Origin: a virus
Lineage: Duplodnaviria > Caudoviricetes
IMG/VR virus record: IMGVR_UViG_3300033076_001146
Location: 5,284 to 69,283 of that record
Strand: one strand, 5' to 3'
Length of the DNA: 64,000 nt
Made by a program: the position numbers and the translations under genes. How positions within the stretch are numbered: position 1 is the stretch's first letter; each line of letters opens with the position of its first letter. The notes beneath the pieces were generated by a model. It did not search any database, was not told the DNA's origin, and was given only the letters and a program-made list of their open reading frames with translations. Shown here piece after piece: positions 57,051 to 64,000 of this stretch.

Positions 57051-57263
57051 ATGACAAACGGAACCAGGCTTACCGACATCTTTCCTGCCGGCATAATTGC
57101 CGCCTTCAATCCTGCTGGCGAATGCGTTGCTGTCGAGTCAGTCACAGATGCTAAGAGTGGGATTGTTTGCGGCAGCGAAGCTAAAACACGCGCCCAATCC
57201 CAAAATGCCCCTGAAAGCTCCACACATTCACCTTCCCCGCCAACGGCCCCGTCGGTTGTATAA
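57051..57263 (+). CDS. Hypothetical protein
   Basis: ATG follows second repeat/RBS. Confidence 0.45.
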   Translation: MTNGTRLTDIFPAGIIAAFNPAGECVAVESVTDAKSGIVCGSEAKTRAQSQNAPESSTHSPSPPTAPSVV

Positions 57264-57810
57264 ACCGCGTATTCACGCCCGCCAAACCCGCGCGGAAGCG
57301 CCAGCGCGTGTCATTCAGCGGTAGATAGAATTCCCCGCCAAACTCATCGGCATTCACCCGGTTCTGCGTCTGTCCTTCGGGGAAGAAGTGCCGCCAATAC
57401 CCTACAAACCGCTGATCAATCACGACGCCTGCGCCGGCTGTCCAGTTTGTTGCGCTCTTGGTGTATTGGCTGGTCGTCTGGTGTACGCCGGACACGCCGA
57501 CCGTCGCGAACGGCACTACCGGCACCGTCGCCTGATCCGCGAAATAGACGCGACTCTCGACGCGACCGCGCCAGGCCGAGCCGGAACCGTCACCCAGATA
57601 CAGCTTAGGTTCGTGTTGCCACTGCCCTTCGGCAACCACGGCGAAAAAGTCTTGCACTGGCAAGACTAGATCGAAGCGCAGCCCCAGCCCCGCCCCGTTG
57701 CCCGTGCCTTCGGATTTGGAATAGACGACGCCGATCCCGGCTTGGCGCTCTTGTCCGAGCACGGCAACGCTGGCAATCAACAGGATTGCGAGAAGAAGTA
57801 AGTTTTTCAT
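57181..57810 (-). CDS. Outer-membrane beta-barrel protein
   Basis: Signal peptide, alternating amphipathic strands, C-terminal GHFGIGRVF beta-signal. Confidence 0.75.
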   Translation of the reverse strand: MKNLLLLAILLIASVAVLGQERQAGIGVVYSKSEGTGNGAGLGLRFDLVLPVQDFFAVVAEGQWQHEPKLYLGDGSGSAWRGRVESRVYFADQATVPVVPFATVGVSGVHQTTSQYTKSATNWTAGAGVVIDQRFVGYWRHFFPEGQTQNRVNADEFGGEFYLPLNDTRWRFRAGLAGVNTRFIQPTGPLAGKVNVWSFQGHFGIGRVF

Positions 57811-58130
57811 TGGATTGTGAAGGAAAAGGGATAGTAGGGAGAAGACTCAAGTTTTACTCGGAGCAAGCACTTGTTGAGATATTGAGTCGCCTTCTTTGAG
57901 CCGTGATACACCATCGCGTGCATATTTCGACGCACACGGCTTGCGCTACACTTTTGCGCCAATCGCTCCGATACCCAGGACTGCCCGTCGGGCTTGAGAT
58001 ACGCTATCTCAGCGCCTGCCACTCCCAGCGTCAACAGCTTGAGCTCTACTCGCCCTATTGATCCCTGCTCCTGCGCGTGGCTCACGCCGGCAACCAGTAG
58101 AATTGCAATCAAAAGTGATAGTTGTTTCAT
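57807..58130 (-). CDS. Secreted protein
   Basis: MKQLSLLIAILLVAGVSHA-Q; two Cys. Confidence 0.6.
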   Translation of the reverse strand: MKQLSLLIAILLVAGVSHAQEQGSIGRVELKLLTLGVAGAEIAYLKPDGQSWVSERLAQKCSASRVRRNMHAMVYHGSKKATQYLNKCLLRVKLESSPYYPFSFTIQ

Positions 58131-58343
58131 GGTGTGAGGTAAAAGGTAGGTGAACCGCCGTCGCTCGTCCTGTCTTTCCGATGCCTCGCCATCCAGAACG
58201 GGCGTTGCCCCAGGACGGCAGCCTTTGCGGCGCGACCGCTCAAAGTCGGAAATGCGAACGCACTTCCCTATGCCGCAAAGATGGAGCCGAGGGCGAACGC
58301 GGAAGGGAAAGGCGAGAAAGCAACGCGCCCGCCCCGGCAAAAG

Positions 58344-58874
58344 CTAAAACTTCAGACCGCGACTGGTCAGAATGCCGAATGCACCATCCAAAATGATGGC
58401 AATCCAGTTGTCCTTGGCGCTGCCATACCGCACGCGCAGCTTGGCAAACACCGCATCGCGCGCCGCTTTGACATCGGCGTTATTTTGCGAGCGCAACGCT
58501 TCTTCAAGGAACGTCAACGCATCGCCCAGCAACGGCTTGCCGTAAGTCTCGACAAACCCTTGCAGCCCGACGCGCGCAATTGCGCCCCAAATCTTGCCCC
58601 AGAGCCGCATAAACCAGTTTTCGCCCTTGGCCTTGTACTGCTCATAGGCGACCGCGACCGCGATGGCCAGATAGGCGCTGCTCAGCGTGTTGAATCTGGC
58701 GCGCAATTCACTCAACACGGACTCGCGCCACAAGTGAAACTCCTGATTGGTTTTCACCTTGGCGAGCCGTTCAATGATGGCACGCGCAAAGGCAACCGCC
58801 TCCGCGATCTGCGCTTCGATGGTCGGGCCAAGCTCTGCCCCGGTTGCTTTTCGGATCAATTCTTGCGTATTCAA
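58344..58874 (-). CDS. Hypothetical amphipathic helical protein
   Basis: 176 aa next to holin-like gene. Confidence 0.55.
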   Translation of the reverse strand: MNTQELIRKATGAELGPTIEAQIAEAVAFARAIIERLAKVKTNQEFHLWRESVLSELRARFNTLSSAYLAIAVAVAYEQYKAKGENWFMRLWGKIWGAIARVGLQGFVETYGKPLLGDALTFLEEALRSQNNADVKAARDAVFAKLRVRYGSAKDNWIAIILDGAFGILTSRGLKF

Positions 58875-58877
58875 TTC

Positions 58878-59078
58878 CTACTCCTTTGTTCCGCTGACGT
58901 TTCCGTCTTTACCGAAAACGCCCAACAGTGTGACACCCAGCCCAATGATGACTTCGGTAAGCTTTTGCTGCGCATCGGGGCTGATTTCGATGCCGTAGTT
59001 GACGAGCAACGTCGCCAACCCCGTCACGATGCCCACCGCAGTGGTGCGCCAGCTTTTCAATAAAACTTCCACAAACAT
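58878..59078 (-). CDS. Holin-like two-TM protein
   Basis: SWRTTAVG...GVFGKD pattern. Confidence 0.55.
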   Translation of the reverse strand: MFVEVLLKSWRTTAVGIVTGLATLLVNYGIEISPDAQQKLTEVIIGLGVTLLGVFGKDGNVSGTKE

Positions 59079-59134
59079 CTGATCACCTCGATTCTGCCCG
59101 TCTGGTGAGATTACGGGCTTGCCAAAGATTCAGG

Positions 59135-59521
59135 TTATTTTTTGTAGGTTTGCAAAACGCCGCGCTTTTTACGGTCAAGCTCGCGCTGCTTGTTCCACTG
59201 CAACGCCTCTTCAATCTTGGTAATACTGACGGAGTTTTCACGACAGGCAAATTCGCCTGCATTCGCCTTGCGAATGAAGTCTTGCAGGATTAACAGCAAG
59301 GTCTGATTGCCAATGCCATTGACGCCAATTTCTTTGGGATGGCCTTCTTGTAACTGTATCTGGCAAACCACCCAGGAAGGCTTACCATCGTGGCCATTCG
59401 TTCGCACTTCGTAATAATGCGGCACGCCGCCCGCACCGTCTGGTCCTGCGTAGACCTCAAGGAATTCTTCCGTGAAGCCGTCAATCATTGGGTGATCTAC
59501 TTTGCGTAACTCTTCAGACAT
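59135..59521 (-). CDS. tad1: Tad1-family anti-Thoeris immune-signal sponge
   Basis: GAGGVPHYY, IQLQEG..KE, GEFACRENSVSITKIEEALQW..R..DR..RGV; AAGGA RBS before ATG 59521. Confidence 0.8.
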   Translation of the reverse strand: MSEELRKVDHPMIDGFTEEFLEVYAGPDGAGGVPHYYEVRTNGHDGKPSWVVCQIQLQEGHPKEIGVNGIGNQTLLLILQDFIRKANAGEFACRENSVSITKIEEALQWNKQRELDRKKRGVLQTYKK

Positions 59522-59607
59522 TTTGTCTATCCTTTCTTGTCGCGTTTTGCGACGTAACCGACCGTTAATCGCACGAGGGCAATCGTGCCGCCCGCAAAAG
59601 CACCAAC

Positions 59608-59796
59608 TCATTGCCGCTTCTCGCCGTTCATTTGCTTGGCGCGTTTATCGGCATCTTGCCAATCGTTAAAGGTCAATGCCGGGCCTGCATCCGCCGCCGT
59701 CAGCAGCCAGCCTGTGCGCGTGTCTACGATGACATTGACGCCAGGGGCGCGGGTTTCGGCCTTGTAACGCGGTTGCTCGTCCGTGCTCACGTTCAT
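59608..59796 (-). CDS. Hypothetical protein
   Basis: 62 aa, ATGA overlaps. Confidence 0.45.
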   Translation of the reverse strand: MNVSTDEQPRYKAETRAPGVNVIVDTRTGWLLTAADAGPALTFNDWQDADKRAKQMNGEKRQ

Positions 59797-60095
59797 GCTG
59801 ATACGTCGTCGCCCATCTCTTTATGAACGCCAGCAAGCGTGTCTATCCCAAATGCAGCTTTCATAAATCGGGCGGCAGCTCGGTTAGCGGCTGGGCCGCG
59901 CATCCCTTCATCCATTGCTGCGCAGGCAAGATTGCAATGGTATGTCCAAGCCCATTCAGGATCAGCTTGTAAAGCCTGCTTGAATGCGTAATAAGCCGCC
60001 GAACCGTCAGTCGTCTCGCTCGCCAAAGAAGCAACAGGGCTTACCGTGACCGCCACTGCTGCGCCAGCGCTTTTCAACATTTCTCGTCTATTCAT
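59793..60095 (-). CDS. Protein with twin-arginine-like signal
   Basis: MNRREMLKSAGAAVAV. Confidence 0.5.
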   Translation of the reverse strand: MNRREMLKSAGAAVAVTVSPVASLASETTDGSAAYYAFKQALQADPEWAWTYHCNLACAAMDEGMRGPAANRAAARFMKAAFGIDTLAGVHKEMGDDVSA

Positions 60096-60109
60096 TGAAC
60101 TTCCCTTCT

Positions 60110-60865
60110 TTATAAAACCCCCAGCAAAACACTCAGCACACGCGCCAGGTTGAGCGGCTTCTGCCACTTCCGCGCCGTCGCTACCATCGGCGGCAATTCC
60201 GCAGTGGCAGCATCCAAGTTCACTGCAATATCCCCTGTCTCGCGCACCAGCCGTTCAGCCATCGCGATCATCTCTGGCAACTTCGGATCAGCCAATAACG
60301 CATTGACCTGCTCTGCCGACACGGTGCCCGACGCGATCAGCTTCTTGAATTCGCCCGCAATTTCCGGCACCGACACGGACAAGCCCGCCGCCAGTTGATT
60401 CAACCCAGCCGCCGTCGCGCGAACCTCAGACGTGACGCCTTTGGCTTCGACCAGTAATTCGCTGACGTGGCCACTGTTGACCGCCAAGGCGGCCTTGGTT
60501 TCCCAAATCGCAGCCTGCAATGCCGTGGTGGATTCGGTCAGCCCGTCAAGCGTCTTGTTCACCCGCGGCAGCGTCTCGGTCTGAACGTCGGCCAACATCG
60601 CATTGGTCAGCAACACCGTATCGCGGAACTTGCGGTTGATGTTGGCGTCTTCGATCTGTGCGCGCTGCGAATTGGTCAGATTCTGAACGGCGTAGGCTGT
60701 GGCCTTGATCTGGCCCGTCGTCGTTTTGATGTCGGCTAACACCGGCTCAACCGCTTGTAGATTGCGGCGCGCGGGTAATGTTAGAGCGATAGCGCAGGCC
60801 AACAAGCCAAAGCAGAGGATGATGCGCGCCAGCCGTTCGGCTTTGGAGAAACCGGAAAGGGTCAT
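60110..60865 (-). CDS. Membrane-anchored coiled-coil protein (spanin candidate)
   Basis: Hydrophobic N-terminus with LLAC, long coiled coil, hydrophobic C-terminus. Confidence 0.45.
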   Translation of the reverse strand: MTLSGFSKAERLARIILCFGLLACAIALTLPARRNLQAVEPVLADIKTTTGQIKATAYAVQNLTNSQRAQIEDANINRKFRDTVLLTNAMLADVQTETLPRVNKTLDGLTESTTALQAAIWETKAALAVNSGHVSELLVEAKGVTSEVRATAAGLNQLAAGLSVSVPEIAGEFKKLIASGTVSAEQVNALLADPKLPEMIAMAERLVRETGDIAVNLDAATAELPPMVATARKWQKPLNLARVLSVLLGVL

Positions 60866-60881
60866 TTAGATATATGGACGC

Positions 60882-61199
60882 CTACATCCCAGCTAGAACG
60901 GTTTCAATTGTCTCGTGAAAAATTTTCCGTCGCGTAGAATTGGATGCGAGATAATTTGCATCCAGCTCCATCACGTCCTCAACAATATCCTCGTCACCGT
61001 TGACTAAGACTTCAATGTGTAACTTACGCTCAAATAAAAACGCCTTTACTACATCCCAGAATGCGAGACGAATCGTAGTGCGGACGAATGGATCAGGAAT
61101 AATCTGATTGCGAATTGCCTGTCCGTTGATGCGGGTTTCTACGTTAAATCGCAGTCCCGTCTCTCGACTGTCGTAAGTTGGCTCTATTGATTTTCTCAT
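60882..61199 (-). CDS. Hypothetical protein (AT-richer)
   Basis: 105-aa ORF with AAGG RBS. Confidence 0.5.
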   Translation of the reverse strand: MRKSIEPTYDSRETGLRFNVETRINGQAIRNQIIPDPFVRTTIRLAFWDVVKAFLFERKLHIEVLVNGDEDIVEDVMELDANYLASNSTRRKIFHETIETVLAGM

Positions 61200-61214
61200 T
61201 ACTCAACCTTTCCC

Positions 61215-61421
61215 TTAATTACTAATTTGTTCCATATACAACCCACGCAACCGCGCCTCGAAGCATTCCCACATTTCCAGCACCGACCGCTGACCGTCGC
61301 CGTACAACTCGCGCAGATGGAAGATCAGATTTGCGTCCACCTTGCGGGCGCATCGCTCAGGCTGAACGATGTGCATCATACTCGTAAGATTTTCGGCGCG
61401 GACTTCTTCCGGTGATACCAT
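61215..61421 (-). CDS. Hypothetical protein
   Basis: 68 aa after endolysin. Confidence 0.45.
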   Translation of the reverse strand: MVSPEEVRAENLTSMMHIVQPERCARKVDANLIFHLRELYGDGQRSVLEMWECFEARLRGLYMEQISN

Positions 61422-61423
61422 AT

Positions 61424-62014
61424 TTAAGCCTGATACTTAGCGAACGCCTTGGCGAGCTTTACATCATAGCTGTTGATTTTGTAATCCGCGCCGTTATAAC
61501 CGCGCGCGAACCCCGCCCAATCCAGTCGCTGCAATTCATCCTGCAAGCCATTTTGTTGAACAAACTCAACGAACCCTTCAAGCTGTGCCCGTTCGCCTGT
61601 CTGGAATGCCGCAATCATTTCTTCAACGCTGGCATAGCCACAGACCGCAAAGTTAAACCCCATGATCTGAAACTTGCCGTAGCTGGCGCTGAGTTGAGCC
61701 GCCTGCGGATCAAGCGCAAAAGCTTTCTTGAAACGCTCCCATTCTTTTTCGCCGCGCTCATCAAAGGTCTTGCCGCTGCAATATCCGCCCGCCTTCGGCC
61801 AAGAAAATTCAGCATTTGCGCCAATCGAATACCGCCCCTTACTGTACTTGTGGAATTTGTGACGCTCAAACAAGATCACTAGCTTACCGTTGGAAAGAAA
61901 GCCTCCGCGTGGTGCTTCGACTTCACAGACGGCTTTGATGGCGGGCACTTTGCAAGCAAGTTCTTGCGCGGCCCAGGCAAAGTCTTCTTCGGTTAGTGTG
62001 AGGGGTTTACTCAT
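61424..62014 (-). CDS. Endolysin, N-acetylmuramidase (DUF3380-like)
   Basis: KAVCEVEA, ILFERHKF, SASYGKFQIMGFN, FARGYNG. Confidence 0.9.
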   Translation of the reverse strand: MSKPLTLTEEDFAWAAQELACKVPAIKAVCEVEAPRGGFLSNGKLVILFERHKFHKYSKGRYSIGANAEFSWPKAGGYCSGKTFDERGEKEWERFKKAFALDPQAAQLSASYGKFQIMGFNFAVCGYASVEEMIAAFQTGERAQLEGFVEFVQQNGLQDELQRLDWAGFARGYNGADYKINSYDVKLAKAFAKYQA

Positions 62015-62300
62015 CGGTATCTCTCCGCTTTTCAAGTAACCGCCGAATGCCGCGCATATCATCGTGCAGGTTGTCGAGCTTCGCGTTTACCGTGGCAAAC
62101 GCCACCTCTTGCGCCCCTTGCCTGCTTTCGATCTCTTTCAAACGCGCTTGCACGGCTGCAACTTCCGCCTTGGATGCGCGCGTTAAAAGCGTGCCAAGCA
62201 CGCCTGTGGCAATCCCTGTCAACGCCGTGCCGATGTTTTCGCCAAGCTTGTGCAGCCAATCACCTTCCAAAATCATTCCCTGATTCTCCGTGTTGTGCAT
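62007..62300 (-). CDS. Holin-like one-TM plus coiled-coil protein (start approximate)
   Basis: Hydrophobic GTALTGIATGVLGTLL; overlaps endolysin start. Confidence 0.5.
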   Translation of the reverse strand: MHNTENQGMILEGDWLHKLGENIGTALTGIATGVLGTLLTRASKAEVAAVQARLKEIESRQGAQEVAFATVNAKLDNLHDDMRGIRRLLEKRRDTDE

Positions 62301-62480
62301 TATTCGCTGCCTCGCAGATGGCTCGCTCGGTGAGAAAAGCGAATCGGTTGTGTGTGTCATTGGGTTATTGGGTAAATTCGCACGCCACCCACAACCCCAG
62401 ACACGCCACTGTCAGCAACGAGACGATGCCGCTGGCAATGGTTGAGAGGATGACCAAGGTGAGTTTGGCGGGCGAGGGCA

Positions 62481-62828
62481 TTATGATTTCCGGGACATAT
62501 TGATGCGGACGGTCACAGATGGAGCACCGCCGCCGCTGACAGGCGTGGTCACGCGAGCGCGGAAAAATCCGCCAACCGTTTCCACTGCTTCGCCGATGGT
62601 TGCGGGCGCGGTGATAGTCGAAGCATCCAGCGTGACCAAGGTTTGCCACGTTCCGCTGTAATCCTGTGTCGGCGCGCGTTCCAGCACAATCACGCCTGCC
62701 GTAACGCCCGTGGCAAAATCGCAATCCATGCCCACGCGGTCCATATCATTCCCGGCATACGCATTGGATGTGCCCGTCGTGACGGCACTTAATGCGGTAA
62801 CTGTTCTTGTCTCTCTGCCTGTGCTCAT
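62481..62828 (-). CDS. Small beta-rich virion-like protein
   Basis: 115 aa; ATGA overlap. Confidence 0.5.
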   Translation of the reverse strand: MSTGRETRTVTALSAVTTGTSNAYAGNDMDRVGMDCDFATGVTAGVIVLERAPTQDYSGTWQTLVTLDASTITAPATIGEAVETVGGFFRARVTTPVSGGGAPSVTVRINMSRKS

Positions 62829-63592
62829 GCGTTCCTCCGACCGGCAGCCATCTGACGCTGCCGCATCAGGGGGATGACCGAATCAATTTTTTCGTTGAGT
62901 TCCTTCACGCCTTGTAGCGCCTGCGCGGCCAAGCTGGGATCGCCGTAATTCACTTTCAACGGCTCCCCTTCCTCTTTGACGACAGCTTCAGGAAATGAAT
63001 CATCCAAGTCCTGCGCAATAACGCCGTCTTCGTGGCCGCTGCCGTCTTTCCAGTCCCATTCCTTCGCCTGGTAGCCGTCCAACTTGTCGAGCACGGGACG
63101 CGTGGGCTTGATATTGTCTTTGAGGCGTTCGTCGGAAGCGAGGATTGCGGCGCTCGCAACGCTTGCGCCTGCACCCATCGCTTTCCCCCAAAACGAATCC
63201 ACCACTTGCGAGTTGTAGCCGCTTTCCTTCGTCGCCAGCGGTCGCGGCACGGTCAGCCCCGCCAGGAAGGTGCGCCGCGCAAGTCCCTGTTGTTTGGCGT
63301 CATAAGCTGACTGCCCCAAGGCGGCGCCATAATCCGCCGTCAACCCGCGTTCTGCTTCGCCTTCCTGCGCGATCCGTGCTGCGGCAGTGGTGCCGCCTTG
63401 GTTGTATTGGCTACGGTAACGACGTGCGTTGTTTTCGCGCGCGCGGTTGTATTGGCCTTCAAGCGCAGGTTGCAGCGTTTCGGCAGTGTCGCCGTATTCA
63501 CGCAACGCTGTGATGTCGGCGGTATCTGGCGGCGTCCACGCCTCGTAAGTTGTGTTGCGCTCAAAGGGCGCTTTCTTCGCGGTTGATGTCAT
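62825..63592 (-). CDS. Pilot/ejection-like protein with C-terminal peptidase S74 (ICA) domain
   Basis: SDERLKDNI, GVIAQDL, PEAV, LKVNY, GVKEL. Confidence 0.75.
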   Translation of the reverse strand: MTSTAKKAPFERNTTYEAWTPPDTADITALREYGDTAETLQPALEGQYNRARENNARRYRSQYNQGGTTAAARIAQEGEAERGLTADYGAALGQSAYDAKQQGLARRTFLAGLTVPRPLATKESGYNSQVVDSFWGKAMGAGASVASAAILASDERLKDNIKPTRPVLDKLDGYQAKEWDWKDGSGHEDGVIAQDLDDSFPEAVVKEEGEPLKVNYGDPSLAAQALQGVKELNEKIDSVIPLMRQRQMAAGRRNA

Positions 63593-63944
63593 TGATTCTT
63601 CTCACGATGACCCACTCCGGGCCAGTTTCGACAATCTCGAACCCTGTATTACGGGCCAGTCGCAACGAAGCTTTGTTAGTTGGTGCGATTTCGGCGGTTA
63701 AGGCTTTGGCTCCGAGTTCAAACATTCGCGCAATCATTGCCTCTGCGATGGCAATCAACGTGCGAGGATGCACCTTGCGACGCTTGGCAAAGACGCCGAC
63801 CGTGAACCAGTCGCGCGGGCCAGGGGCTGCGCTGAAGTAAACAACCGGTTCGTCATCCAGCAGCACGCCCCAATTGATGACTGATGGTTCCTGCTCAAAC
63901 TGCGCGACTTCTTCCGGCGTGAGCGTGCGCGTGGTAAACTGCAA
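63561..63944 (-). CDS. GNAT-fold protein
   Basis: NKASLRLARNTGF motif; position before pilot protein as in podoviruses. Confidence 0.6.
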   Translation of the reverse strand: MQFTTRTLTPEEVAQFEQEPSVINWGVLLDDEPVVYFSAAPGPRDWFTVGVFAKRRKVHPRTLIAIAEAMIARMFELGAKALTAEIAPTNKASLRLARNTGFEIVETGPEWVIVRRINDINREESAL

Positions 63945-64000
63945 GGTATGGACAAGGTGATAGCGATAATCGAAGATCGCAAAATTGCGCTAGACAAGTT

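Larger units (their letters stand above)
1..64000. mobile_element. Temperate phage genome segment, apparently excised/circularly permuted form
   Basis: TerL, portal, capsid, endolysin, integrase and immunity switch all present; both ends lie in the late operon; att core is flanked by phage genes on both sides. Confidence 0.93.

Noticed and set aside
59522-59611. 30-aa N-terminal extension of Tad1-like ORF
   Set aside because: ATG 59521 has an AAGGA RBS and gives Tad1-like length; the extension is unsupported

Overview
The whole window is a temperate tailed phage (Caudoviricetes) with podovirus-like gene architecture. It infects a diderm host, inferred from an outer-membrane beta-barrel, a lytic transglycosylase and a spanin candidate. 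Both window ends fall inside the same leftward late operon, and an intact attP-like junction lies mid-window: integrase, arm repeats, a tRNA-Leu-like 3' end and a terminator at about 31.1-31.6 kb. This indicates the excised/circular form, with the adaptor/nozzle segment outside the window. Left arm (minus strand): cro, recombination and replication genes (DnaB, YdaU-like initiator, HNH fusion, C5 methyltransferase, VRR-NUC), TerS/TerL, portal, a methyltransferase-IF2N-glycosyltransferase fusion, scaffold, capsid and decoration paralogues. Centre (plus strand): repressor, an ImmA-like/PAS protein, a SAM methyltransferase, integrase and a 5-kb accessory cluster. Right arm (minus strand): GNAT, an S74-bearing pilot-like protein, lysis genes, a Tad1-like sponge, a run of signal-peptide-bearing fibre/barrel proteins, and a 3303-aa ejection-type polyvalent protein (SLT + Acb1-like 2H phosphoesterase + adenine methyltransferase). 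Highlights are the apparently Sec-exported tail-fibre module, anti-defence cargo built into an ejected protein, and a possible PAS-gated, protease-dead ImmA switch. All family calls come from motif recognition by eye; no database searches were run.
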